Origin: Candidatus Helarchaeota archaeon
GTDB taxonomy: Archaea; Asgardarchaeota; Lokiarchaeia; Helarchaeales; RDOG01
DNA length: 64,000 bases
Assembly: GCA_029838215.1 (NCBI GenBank)
Contig: JALGVI010000017.1
Span: 1-64,000, forward strand
Reading direction: 5' to 3'
Shown here: positions 47,790 to 58,200 of the stretch, one piece after another
How the letters are laid out: the number at the start of each line of letters is the position of its first letter
Numbering within the stretch: the first letter of the stretch is position 1
Notes under the pieces: model-generated
The model's input: only the letters and a program-made list of their open reading frames with translations
The model's database searches: none
Told to the model about the DNA's origin: nothing
Program-made: the position numbers and the translations under genes

Positions 47790-48580
47790 TATTCTTGAAC
47801 TTGATTAACGAGGGTATTGCTATCGAAATCAGAATATTAGCCATCTCTTCAATTCCATTGATCGAAAAAAAAATCGGTCTTCCTACTCTTTCACGATTAA
47901 TTTTTGAAGCAATAAACCGCCAAGCAAATCTATCTAATGGTGACATTATTATAATTGCTCAAACGATAATTTCAAAAGCGGAAGGCCGAATATTCGATCT
48001 CAATGAATTTAAAGTAACAAGTGAAGCCGAAAAATTAGCAAAAGAGCTAAAAAAAGATCCTCGATTAATTGCTGCTATCTTGAGTGAATCCAAGCAAGTC
48101 TTAAAAAAAACGGATAAATCATTGATTGTAGAATTAAATTCTGGTCTAATCTGTGCTAATGCTGGAGTTGATCAATCCAATTCTGGAAAGAATAAGGTTA
48201 CCCTACTTCCAAAAGATCCTGATGGGAGTGCTCTGACAATTAAAAAAGAGATTAAAAAGATTTCGGGAAAATCCGTTGGAATCATCATTTCCGATACTCA
48301 AGGACGTGTGCTTCGAGAAGGTGCTGTAAACATTGGTCTTGGATTTTCTGGATTCAAGAATGGTATCTTGCATTATGAAGGAAAAACCGATCTTTTTGGT
48401 TTTAAACTTAAAACAACAGAAATCAACATCATTGATGAATTGGCATCAGCTGCAGAACTTTTGATGGGTGAAGCAAATGAAGGTATTCCTGTCGTTCTTA
48501 TTAAAGGATATAACTTTGAACCGGGTTATGATTCATCCAAATCTCTAATAAGAAATAGAAATAATCAATTATTCAAGTAA
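47780..48580 (+). CDS. cofE: Coenzyme F420:L-glutamate ligase
   Basis: GDIIIIAQTIISKAEG, ICANAGVDQSN, LLPKDPD.SA, SDTQGR, DELASAAELLMGE..EG.PV. Confidence 0.93.
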   Translation: MGLVFLNLINEGIAIEIRILAISSIPLIEKKIGLPTLSRLIFEAINRQANLSNGDIIIIAQTIISKAEGRIFDLNEFKVTSEAEKLAKELKKDPRLIAAILSESKQVLKKTDKSLIVELNSGLICANAGVDQSNSGKNKVTLLPKDPDGSALTIKKEIKKISGKSVGIIISDTQGRVLREGAVNIGLGFSGFKNGILHYEGKTDLFGFKLKTTEINIIDELASAAELLMGEANEGIPVVLIKGYNFEPGYDSSKSLIRNRNNQLFK

Positions 48581-48602
48581 GGAAAGAGTTATCTTAATTT
48601 CT

Positions 48603-49112
48603 ATGAGTTTTATTTTGATTAATAATTGGAGAATTAATGTATTGCATCCTGAAAAAGCAACTAAATCAAAAAAAAGTGATGAAGAAGACTATAAGTACTT
48701 AGCAATTGTAAAAAAAGGCATGAAACGAATAAAAGAAGTAAAAAAGAAATATGTAGAAGAATTGAGAACATATAATGAATTGCTCAAAGAAAATAAAAAT
48801 CTATTTTTACGACCTACCTATGTGAATCGAGGTAAAAAAGTCTATTATTATTGGTACAGGTATATCTGGGATCCTATAAAAAAAAAGACGATCCAAGTAT
48901 ATGTTGGAAAACGTAAATTGAACGAAGATGAAGATTTACCTGATCCTCCTCAATACCCTTTGAAGGATCTGGAATTCGAGACTTTAGACAATAAAGAAGA
49001 CATTGTAATTTCGCGAGAAGATTACTATAAATTTAAAGAATTATTTGAAGGTCTCGAAGTAAGTTTCAATGTGAAAGAGCTAATTAAATCCGACAGAATA
49101 CCTCTTATTTAA
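48603..49112 (+). CDS. Hypothetical basic protein, possible beta-sheet DNA-binding domain
   Basis: GKKVYYYWYRY....KKKTIQVYVGK motif; very Lys/Tyr-rich. Confidence 0.55.
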   Translation: MSFILINNWRINVLHPEKATKSKKSDEEDYKYLAIVKKGMKRIKEVKKKYVEELRTYNELLKENKNLFLRPTYVNRGKKVYYYWYRYIWDPIKKKTIQVYVGKRKLNEDEDLPDPPQYPLKDLEFETLDNKEDIVISREDYYKFKELFEGLEVSFNVKELIKSDRIPLI

Positions 49113-49143
49113 TCATCTATGGATTTTATATCGGTGCAGAAAA

Positions 49144-49950
49144 ATGCGTAAGATTAACATGGAAAGAATCAAAGTATTCATTTTTGATCTTGATGGCGTG
49201 GTCTATTTAGGAAATCAGTTAGTACCACGAGCTGATGAAGTAATTGATAAAATCAACAAATTAGGAAAAAAAGTCTATTTTCTGACCAATAATTCTACCA
49301 GAACTCGAAATGAATATGTGAAAAAGTTGAAAAATTTAGGAATAAAAGCCATTCCCGATATTATTATGACGAGTGCTCGAGCCACGGCCATCTATTTATC
49401 ACAAATAAAGAACCACGCAAATGTTTTTGTCATTGGAGAAAAAGGTCTCCAAAAAGAGCTAACTACTTCAGGATTTAAGGTCACTAACAAAAATGATACT
49501 CAGTCTTTGGTTGATTTTGTAGTAGTAGGGCTCGATCGATTTTTTGATTATGAAAAATTAACATTTGCTCTTCATCACGTCATTAAAGGCGCAGAATTCA
49601 TTGCAACAAATGATGATGCTTCATTACCCACTGAAACATTACCGTTGCCAGGCGCAGGAAGTATGGTCGCCGCCCTAACAGCCTGTACCTCCAAAAAACC
49701 AAAAATTATTATAGGGAAACCAAATCCATTTGGAATCAATTTAATTCTTCAACAAGAAAATTGTTCTCCTACTCAGTCTGTAATGATTGGAGACCGAATT
49801 TCGACTGATATCCAAGCTGGAAAAAAAGCAGGAACATCAACCATCTTGGTTAAAACGGGAGCAGGGTTAGAAGAACTTGCCAAGTATAATAATACGAAAA
49901 ACATGGATTTGATTATAGATTCTATCAAAGATCTTGAAAAATTCCTGTAA
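49144..49950 (+). CDS. HAD-IIA (NagD-like) phosphatase
   Basis: FDLDGV, LTNNS, GKP, MIGDR..TDI..G, V.TG. Confidence 0.93.
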   Translation: MRKINMERIKVFIFDLDGVVYLGNQLVPRADEVIDKINKLGKKVYFLTNNSTRTRNEYVKKLKNLGIKAIPDIIMTSARATAIYLSQIKNHANVFVIGEKGLQKELTTSGFKVTNKNDTQSLVDFVVVGLDRFFDYEKLTFALHHVIKGAEFIATNDDASLPTETLPLPGAGSMVAALTACTSKKPKIIIGKPNPFGINLILQQENCSPTQSVMIGDRISTDIQAGKKAGTSTILVKTGAGLEELAKYNNTKNMDLIIDSIKDLEKFL

Positions 49951-49985
49951 ACTTTTTAATTATGTTAATTAACATGGTGTATTTC

Positions 49986-50360
49986 TTAATGGCTTAAGAG
50001 ATCATCAATTCTTTTTGCCATCCGTTCAATAATTAGTAATGTGATTCCAAAGGAACGTTTCAGAGTTATCGTTAGGATTAATGCTTCTTCTCCTGCTTCA
50101 ACAAGGATGACACTATAAGGTCCCGATTCCAGAATGAATTTATCAGGAGATTTATTAAAAAGTTCAAATATTACACGATCTCCCAACATTGCCATCTGAG
50201 ATGCCATACCAGCAAGTAATTCTTCATTATATCCATTTTCAAGTGCATTTGCAATAATTAATCCATCCCTAGATACGATTGTAATGGCAAGAATATCCTG
50301 ACTTTTTTCGAGTACTTCACGGAGCATGTTGTTTAGAGAACTTGACATATCCGATACCAA
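49986..50360 (-). CDS. Roadblock/LC7 (MglB-like) protein
   Basis: ILAITIVSRDGLIIA, LLAGM, ILESG..SVILV.AGEEA.LIL, FG..LL. Confidence 0.9.
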   Translation of the reverse strand: MVSDMSSSLNNMLREVLEKSQDILAITIVSRDGLIIANALENGYNEELLAGMASQMAMLGDRVIFELFNKSPDKFILESGPYSVILVEAGEEALILTITLKRSFGITLLIIERMAKRIDDLLSH

Positions 50361-50442
50361 GAGAACAATCCACCTTTAGCAATATATGAGCTAAAGATGA
50401 TTCTAAATTCTCGAATTTAAACCAAACAAAAAATCTTGTCTC

Positions 50443-51147
50443 GTGCATGGAAAATTTTATTTATTTCTCTTCAGTTGTTTAAAAACCAGAAATTCGAATG
50501 AGGATGAGCAAATGATCGAATTAATATACAAAATGAAATACAAGGACGTGCAGATTCAAGTTATAAAAGGTAAAATTTCAAACCTACAAGTTGATGCCAT
50601 AATGTGTCCCACTAATTCTTACCTAAGAATGGAAGCTGATGTTGCAAAATTTTTGAAAGAAATTGGTGGTTCAGAAATCGAAACTGAAGCATTGAACTTT
50701 TTAGAAAATTACAAAGATTATTCTTACTTGAAAGACTTTGAAGGTAGCTGTCCCATTGGAACTGCCGTTATTACGAGCGCAGGCAAATTAATCCCAAATA
50801 TAAAATATGTTATTCATACCCCCGTAATTAATGAATCTGGAGAACAAACAAAAAGAACTCGAATTCTAAGTGCGATCCGGGGAGTAATGCAAAGGGCTTA
50901 CGAAGCTTGGTGGAAACTTGGACTAAACGAAAAGAGTAATCTCTGCGAAAGCATTGCAATTCCGGGATTTAAGATGGGAACCGAACGTCTCTCAAAAGCA
51001 AAGATTTCTAGGGCAATCATCGATGGATTGGTCAATCAATTAAATACATGGTTTGTAAAGGCACCCCTCAAGAAAATAATTCTCATAGATCAAGATGATG
51101 AACTTCTTCAGCAACACATAAAGGTCCTCGAAACCCTTAATGAATAA
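50443..51147 (+). CDS. Macro-domain protein with altered ADP-ribose loops
   Basis: I.VIKG.I..L.VDAI, G.AVIT.AGKL..KYVIH.P, SIAIP; likely start is MIELIY near 50512. Confidence 0.8.
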   Translation: MHGKFYLFLFSCLKTRNSNEDEQMIELIYKMKYKDVQIQVIKGKISNLQVDAIMCPTNSYLRMEADVAKFLKEIGGSEIETEALNFLENYKDYSYLKDFEGSCPIGTAVITSAGKLIPNIKYVIHTPVINESGEQTKRTRILSAIRGVMQRAYEAWWKLGLNEKSNLCESIAIPGFKMGTERLSKAKISRAIIDGLVNQLNTWFVKAPLKKIILIDQDDELLQQHIKVLETLNE

Positions 51148-51207
51148 CTCTCCATTCATTTGAATTTTTGTTTTATTAATGAAGGATCAAATCCAATCAG
51201 TTAATAA

Positions 51208-51774
51208 ATGCTTTCAGAATATGTAAGACGTGAAGCAAAATCTCCTCTATTACTTAGAAAAAGAGATACTCAAAACAAGCTATTAAATATCGCTTATGGT
51301 CTCAAAAAACGTCTATTCAAAAAAAGAATACGGAATGCGAAAAGCGTGAGATTAAAATTTAAAAAATATCCCTCTGTTACCGTAGATGCAGTAATCATTG
51401 AAAATGAAAGAATCCTACTTGTCAAGAGAAAATATGATCCTTTTAAAAATTATTGGGCTCTCCCTGGCGGTTTTATAGAACTAGGAGAAACGGTTGAAGC
51501 GGCCTGTATTCGAGAAGTGAAAGAAGAAACAAATCTTGATGTCGAATTTAAATCTTTTTTTGGCACCTATTCTAATCCGAAACGAGATCCTCGTGGGCAC
51601 GTAATAACTGTTGTTTGTTTCTGCAAGAAAATAAATGAAAATCAATTTCCTATGGGATCAGATGATGCAAAGGAAGCCAAATTTATTGGCAAGTCAGAAT
51701 TAAATAAAATAAAAGATAGAATTGCCTTTGATCACTTACAAATAATGACTGATTCGGGATTTTTTCAGCTCTAA
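51208..51774 (+). CDS. Nudix hydrolase (ADP-ribose pyrophosphatase-like)
   Basis: WALPGGFIELGETVEAACIREVKEET, RDPRGH, GSDDA, AFDH. Confidence 0.92.
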   Translation: MLSEYVRREAKSPLLLRKRDTQNKLLNIAYGLKKRLFKKRIRNAKSVRLKFKKYPSVTVDAVIIENERILLVKRKYDPFKNYWALPGGFIELGETVEAACIREVKEETNLDVEFKSFFGTYSNPKRDPRGHVITVVCFCKKINENQFPMGSDDAKEAKFIGKSELNKIKDRIAFDHLQIMTDSGFFQL

Positions 51775-51803
51775 TTTTATTAAAAGGATGTGAACTTTCT
51801 TCG

Positions 51804-52502
51804 ATGAATGATTCAAGCGAAAATGAAAAGATCTTAGAAACCATTTCTAAATCATATTATATTTGCAAGGAAAAAGTAGATCGATATGTTGCAAAGACAA
51901 GAATGGAAGAAAAGCGAATAAGAAAAAGCAAAACCGAATCAAATATCCTAAGTAGAAAAGATCTTATTGAATTTAAAGTTAGTTACATCCCATTTCTACT
52001 ACTAGATGGAATGTATGAAATTAAATATTCAAAAAAGAATGTAATAAAAATATCACTTAGGAGTGAAGTTTTCTCCATAACAATAGGCAATTTAACGTTC
52101 AAGAAGACCGAATTACATCAATTAAAAGAAGATTTATTCGAACTAGACTTTATTGAATCAATCATTCAAGAAAATAATGCAAAGATAGCAATTGATGCTC
52201 AAGGAAAGGAAATTAAGGAAAAAGATATTCCTGAATTTCAATTGATAGATAAGAAATTACTTGAAGAAATTCAAAAAAAAGACCAAATTGTAAAAGTTCG
52301 TTATAATGATAAATTCCTTCTTGAAAAGTTAAAATCACGTTTAATAAAAAGACCATTAGACTATGTTAAAATAATAGAAGAGAAAATTTCTATTAGGTAT
52401 TTGATAATTCTCCGAGCACGTTATGAAGGAACATTTGAAATCAATAATAAAAAGAAAACAATGATTATTGATAGCGTGACTGGATCATCAACATTAGAAT
52501 GA
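51804..52502 (+). CDS. Hypothetical protein
   Basis: 232-aa ORF co-directional with its neighbours; no confident motif. Confidence 0.6.
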   Translation: MNDSSENEKILETISKSYYICKEKVDRYVAKTRMEEKRIRKSKTESNILSRKDLIEFKVSYIPFLLLDGMYEIKYSKKNVIKISLRSEVFSITIGNLTFKKTELHQLKEDLFELDFIESIIQENNAKIAIDAQGKEIKEKDIPEFQLIDKKLLEEIQKKDQIVKVRYNDKFLLEKLKSRLIKRPLDYVKIIEEKISIRYLIILRARYEGTFEINNKKKTMIIDSVTGSSTLE

Positions 52503-52553
52503 GATGAGAGCGTATTTTTTCCATCATTTATTTTAAACTTGGTTTGAATAAAG

Positions 52554-53174
52554 ATGACCTCTAAGTTTAAATGTTTCCAATGCGGACAATGCTGTGTGAT
52601 CAAATATCCCTGCATTTATAGTTTTGAATTGGATAAGGCAAAGAGATTAGCTACTGAGCTTGATGTAGAATTGGGCATAACTCCGTTTAGATTTAAATTT
52701 GATTTAACAAATAAAAATATCATCATTCTCATATATCGATTTAATAAAAGGCCTTGTATTTTTATGCAAAATAATAAATGTATGATCCAAAAGGATAAAT
52801 TCATTGCATGTAGGAAATATCCTATTGCCACATGGTTAGATCTAGGTTTTTTATCATTATTGGGTTTCCATCAAACCTATTTTGATTTTGATCGCACTTG
52901 TACGTTCTTAAAAAGTCAAGAATATGAAATAGATGCTTTAATAAAAGAACCCTTAGAAGAGATTTTTCCTTCAGAATTAAGAGCTTCTAAAGAAGATAGA
53001 GATACATGGATTTCAATGGAAAAAAATCTTCGGCGGATAGCAAAGAATCAAAAATTCAAATTAATCTCAGACATAAAAATGAAGAAAAAGAACAAATTTC
53101 TATATGAAAAAAATCTTAAAGAATGGAATCAACTGTCTTTCGAACAATATATTAAAAAATATGATAATTTATAG
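52554..53174 (+). CDS. YkgJ/UPF0153 cysteine-cluster protein
   Basis: FKCFQCGQCC, CIF....CMI....CRKYP. Confidence 0.85.
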   Translation: MTSKFKCFQCGQCCVIKYPCIYSFELDKAKRLATELDVELGITPFRFKFDLTNKNIIILIYRFNKRPCIFMQNNKCMIQKDKFIACRKYPIATWLDLGFLSLLGFHQTYFDFDRTCTFLKSQEYEIDALIKEPLEEIFPSELRASKEDRDTWISMEKNLRRIAKNQKFKLISDIKMKKKNKFLYEKNLKEWNQLSFEQYIKKYDNL

Positions 53175-53192
53175 TAGGACCAACTATTGTTT

Positions 53193-53399
53193 TCACCCAA
53201 TGCCTAATTGATCAAAAAGGACGTTTATGCTGTTTGAAATCCAATTAAAGATACCAAATATTAATCCTACTAAGATTAATATGACTACAATAGATACTCC
53301 TATCAATAAACCCTCTTCTGTAATTGGAGAAAAGAAGATTTTTACCAATAAATTTGTCATGACCTTTTGTTTTGAATTCTTTAATAATAAGGCATTCAT
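53193..53399 (-). CDS. Flp/pilin-like small membrane protein
   Basis: SPITEEGLLIG followed by a long hydrophobic helix; likely start is ATG 53360. Confidence 0.5.
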   Translation of the reverse strand: MNALLLKNSKQKVMTNLLVKIFFSPITEEGLLIGVSIVVILILVGLIFGIFNWISNSINVLFDQLGIG

Positions 53400-53445
53400 A
53401 CGAAATTCTTTAATTAGAATGGTATATTAACTCCAATTTTTGCCA

Positions 53446-54099
53446 TTAAAAGGACAGTAGTCTAAGAATGGAAAGAATAAAAAAAAGACATTGGGAACTG
53501 ATGTTAAGTATAAGAAAATAATTTTTTTTAATGAAATAAAACGAGATTTCGGGTTCATTTTGCATAAAATTATCTGTTAGAACAACATTTAAAAAAAGAA
53601 TGAGCATTATTGCAAATGATAGTCCGAGTCCAAAGTTGACAATGAATCCTTCGATTAAAATCGTGATCAAAAAGTAACTAGGTAATGGAACAACTATTTG
53701 AATGACCTGATCGAATAGAACATAACAAGTAATGCCTATAAAAATTATAGAAGCGAACTTGCATTGATATTGTGATTTGAAATGGAGATCCTTGTCTTTT
53801 TCTTGAAATGATCCCCTGATTTTCGGAATTCTTGATGTTTCGACCATCTGGGAAATCACATACACGAGGAATAGAACATTCATCGAACAAGATGTATAAA
53901 AAAAGAAAAAAACATCTGTTTTTAGAAAATTCATACCAAAAATACTCACAAAACCAATACCAGGAATCAATGAATAAATATGAAGAACTTCTACAAAATA
54001 CATAAAACATAATGTGAGGTAGAATGAAATTACAAAGATTATAACTAAGAATCTGATTTTGGTATTTCGAATGTGTGAAATGGTTATAGATTTCATCAT
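53446..54099 (-). CDS. Membrane protein (about 5 TM)
   Basis: Five hydrophobic segments; same strand as the pilin-like gene. Confidence 0.55.
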   Translation of the reverse strand: MMKSITISHIRNTKIRFLVIIFVISFYLTLCFMYFVEVLHIYSLIPGIGFVSIFGMNFLKTDVFFFFYTSCSMNVLFLVYVISQMVETSRIPKIRGSFQEKDKDLHFKSQYQCKFASIIFIGITCYVLFDQVIQIVVPLPSYFLITILIEGFIVNFGLGLSFAIMLILFLNVVLTDNFMQNEPEISFYFIKKNYFLILNISSQCLFFILSILRLLSF

Positions 54100-54266
54100 T
54101 TAGCTCCAAGATACTGGATTTTAAAACCTTACAGACTTTTTTTGAATCTCGAAAATGATTTTTTTCGTAAAAATTATAAACATATTCTATTTTTAGAATC
54201 AAGAAATAAAAATTGTACGATTATTGATAAGGCTAAAAATTAAGTGAAATCAGGTAGTAATTCATA

Positions 54267-54530
54267 ATGACATCGATGTACGAAATCATCTTGAAACCGC
54301 TAATGACAGAATCGTCATTTAATCTCATTGAAAAGGAAAATAAATTAATATTTATTGTAAAAAGGGACGCAAATAAAAAAATGATAAAATGGGCGGTTGA
54401 AAAACTTTTCAACGTAAAAGTTGAAAAAGTTAATACCTTAATACAAAAAGATGGTAAGAAAAAAGCGTACGTAAGGCTTTCTCCTGAGTATATAGCTGGT
54501 GACATTGCCACTAATTTAGGAATTTTCTAA
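54267..54530 (+). CDS. rpl23: 50S ribosomal protein L23
   Basis: P.MTE, ENKL.FIV...ANK..IK.AVE.LF.VKV.KVNTL, KKAYVRL, A..LG. Confidence 0.97.
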   Translation: MTSMYEIILKPLMTESSFNLIEKENKLIFIVKRDANKKMIKWAVEKLFNVKVEKVNTLIQKDGKKKAYVRLSPEYIAGDIATNLGIF

Positions 54531-54543
54531 GTGGGGTCATAAA

Positions 54544-55260
54544 ATGGGAAAACGAATTCGAGTTCAACGTCAGAGTTCAAAAGTCTTTAGAGCACCAACG
54601 CATAAGGCACTAAATCCTGTAAAATACGTTCCATTATCTGATAAACCCAAGTTAACTGGTGTAATTCAAGAAATAACTCATGAACCTCGGCGGGGTGCGC
54701 CTCTAGCAAAAATAAAGTATGAAAATAATATGACAAAGTATCAAATCATACCAGAATCAATTTATGTAGGGAAACAGGTCGAAGTTGGGGCAAAAGCAGA
54801 ACTCGAAATTGGAAATGTGTTACCATTAATCCGCATCCCTGAAGGAATTCCAATTTGTAACATTGAAGGTAATCCTGGAGATGGTGGAAAGTTCATTCGA
54901 TCTTCTGGGTGCTATGGGACGATTCAATCTCGTTCACGTGAAAAGGTTGTCGTGAAATTAAAATCGGGACAATTAAAATCATTTAACCCATTATGTCGGG
55001 CAACAATTGGAATCGTGGCGGGTGGTGGACGACCTGAAAAACCGTTTGTAAAAGCAGGAACAAAACATCACTTAATGCGTGCAAAAGGTCGGAGATGGCC
55101 CGTAGTTCGAGGTGTTGCAATGAATGCTTGTAGCCATCCTCACGGTGGTGGAGGACACCAACACATTGGGAAGAAAGGATCTTGTGTTTCGAGGAATGCA
55201 CCTCCTGGTCGCAAAGTGGGTCTTATTGCTGCCCGGAGGTCTGGAAAAAAGAAGAAATAA
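54544..55260 (+). CDS. rpl2: 50S ribosomal protein L2
   Basis: MGKRIRVQR, HEPRRGAPLA, GGGR.EKP.VKAG, VRGVAMN..HPHGGG.HQH, PPGRKVG.IAARR.G. Confidence 0.98.
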   Translation: MGKRIRVQRQSSKVFRAPTHKALNPVKYVPLSDKPKLTGVIQEITHEPRRGAPLAKIKYENNMTKYQIIPESIYVGKQVEVGAKAELEIGNVLPLIRIPEGIPICNIEGNPGDGGKFIRSSGCYGTIQSRSREKVVVKLKSGQLKSFNPLCRATIGIVAGGGRPEKPFVKAGTKHHLMRAKGRRWPVVRGVAMNACSHPHGGGGHQHIGKKGSCVSRNAPPGRKVGLIAARRSGKKKK

Positions 55261-55272
55261 TTCAAAGTTGTC

Positions 55273-58200
55273 TCAGGTATTTTTTAATTTTTCCGAATAT
55301 TTTTCAAAGAATTCCGTATCTTTCAAAATTTTGAAATCCTTGCAAAATTCCTCCACTTCTTCTAGAATTGGTAGGTTTTGCATATTCTTATTCGGCATTG
55401 TATGACGACTATCTACTGATGATTCCAATTGAAGATTTTTTAGATCTTCGACCTTATTCTCACAATAAACCTGAATTTTTTTCCATTCTCTATAATTAAA
55501 AGCAGAAAGTTGAATATACTTTAAATTTTCTTGCTTCAAATATTGTAAAAATTTATTTTTCAAGGAAAAAAAAGGCACGATAATCAATATACTCTTAACT
55601 TCCATTTTAACGTGTTCTTCCATTTGACGAATCTTCGTTATGAATTCTTGCTTAGACAAATCTTCTGTAATAATCAAACCATTACAGTTTCTTGATGGAA
55701 TGAAGAAATCAAATGGTTTGCAATCATCAAATTTCATAAACTTATTTTTCCTAAATTCTTCCATCATTTTTTCTCTAATTATCTTTCTGCTAACGTTTAA
55801 TTTAGGGTTTTTATAGATGATCGAAATTCTACGATCCATGTTTGATTTATAAACGGGAATTGATGTCTCAAGAAGCAGCCTATTTCGCAAAAGTTTTGCA
55901 AGTATCGAGTTGAACCTATTTATATTCATTTCAATTTGTGAAATCACGTCTCGTTTTAATACGTAACCGTTAGTCATCATATGATAAATAAAAAAATAAA
56001 GTTCCTTTTCTTCATTAGTAAAGTTTTCCAATGCTGAAAAATCTTTAAAGTTGTTGCTTTGCACGCTCAGCTTATTTTCTTTATAGTCTTTCATTTGAAA
56101 AAATTTTCTAAAATTTGAAGTATTTGATTGAAAAATTTCGTCTAGTGTAATTGGAACATTTGGTGAAAATGGAGCTCGAATTCTAAATGGAAACGGAAAA
56201 TTCAATGTGCTCATGATTGCTTCACGTTTGGGAATTGTTCTTAAGTATTTTTCTTGTTCCTCGTTTAAATTTTGATAGTTTGATACTTTATCCGTATCAT
56301 TTTTATCCGTCAATCGAAAACTTATTTTTACTGCAGAATTTGAGATGATATCACTTGAAATCTCAGGACGAGTTGCAATAGATATCATTGATTCACCGAC
56401 CCCTCTTAACAATAATGGAATATCTTCGCCTAATGACGTTTCGGATATCTCTCTCAAGATAGACGGAACTAAAAGTTGCGCGTCCTCAATTATAGTAACG
56501 TGTTTTAAATCATTTGTTACTCCTCTTCTAAGAGCTTCATCTATTGCATATTTTAGGATAATGTTCATTAATAACCTAACATCTTCTTTGGTACCTTGTT
56601 TATAAATAACGTTTGAAAGATCGAAGACAACCTTATGCTTCATTAATTCTTCAAATGGGATTGTTGTTCTATCCGTATTTAAAATCTCTCCTAGAATACC
56701 ACTTACAAATTTCGTAAAACGATTTTCTATCGCCGCAATTGTCATTACGATGGCCTTATTCTCAGATCTATTTTCCAATGAATAACTGCGTAGTTCTTCG
56801 AAAAAGGATTTAAAATCACGTTTATTCTTGTCTCTTATGCATTTTATTAGAACCTCTCTTGTAATTTTCTCCATTTGTGGGCTAAATTCTAATTTTGAAT
56901 ACGAATCTTTAGTTAAAGTGCTCTTAAATACTTCTTTTAAAATGGAAAATATTTTATTTGCATGATTTTCTGGATTAGCTCGATGTGGATCGAATAAATT
57001 GATTTTAAGTGAATTTTGTTCATCACCTAAAATGAAAACTAAGACTGGTTCCTTAATCCGCTTTATGAGGTTCCTGTAATCTCCTTTCCATTCTAGGACC
57101 ATCCAATTAATTTTAGGAAATTTATTTGTCAACTCAATTAGCATATTCTTTGTAAATTCCGTTTTGCCCATTCCAATTAAACCAGTAATGAACACGTTTA
57201 ACTTCACTTCTTCAATATCTAAAAAAGCACGAAATAACTCTTGGTTTCCATACAGAACATCTCCAATATAGATTTGTGTACTATTCGGATTATCAATTAT
57301 GGGAGGTAATTCAAAGTTGGGGATTTGAATTCTCTGAATTGTGGAAGGAAATGCTTGTTCAGGCAAGTGAAAAGTCGCTATAAGTTGTTCTGTAGTCATT
57401 TCAAGAGAATCCAGAAGTCCACGCATTAAGGCAATGGGAAGAGCTTTAAGCAATTTATAGTTCTCTATACTTAATATTTTAACAATTTGGTTGGAATCGG
57501 AAAATATATTTTTCAGTATCGCTTTAGCTTTATCAATATTCCTTTGTAATTGGACTAAATTATGAGATTTTAAGACTAAATAATTAGATACTTTCCAAAA
57601 CTGAACGAATTCCATATGCTTGATGTTAAGGAGATTTATACGAATTTCTTCCGTCGCAAGCATCTCATCAATCTGTTTACTCGAATTGTAAAATGAAGCG
57701 AAATTGTCTTGCACTTTTTGCTTGAATCTTGAGAAATCTTGACTAAAACTTGGTTTTATTGAAGAAATAAAATGACAATTGATTTTATTAGAAAGAAAAT
57801 TATTAATGAGTTGATCAATTTGTGTGAGAGTTGATTCAGCTTTTATTGCAGGAATGGAATCAAATTTTAAAATGCTAATATATAGGTCATCTATTTTTCT
57901 GTTTATTTGTATTATATTTTTTTCAACTTTCTTATATTTATAATTGCCTAACCCTAAAATCTCTTTCCATTCATATGTTAATTCATCACCTGTTAATACT
58001 CTAAATCCAATTCCATTAAAAACGGTTTTAAATGTAGTTTCGAGGAATAAAACTTTTGCCTCTAGTTCGCCGACTAACTTATCAACTGATTTTCTTCCAC
58101 TTATCATTAAAATAAATTGAATTTCGATTTTATTATTGCGAATTACAATCTCATATGATAATTGAGGAATTTGTCGTGCAATATTGACCAAATGGTAAAA

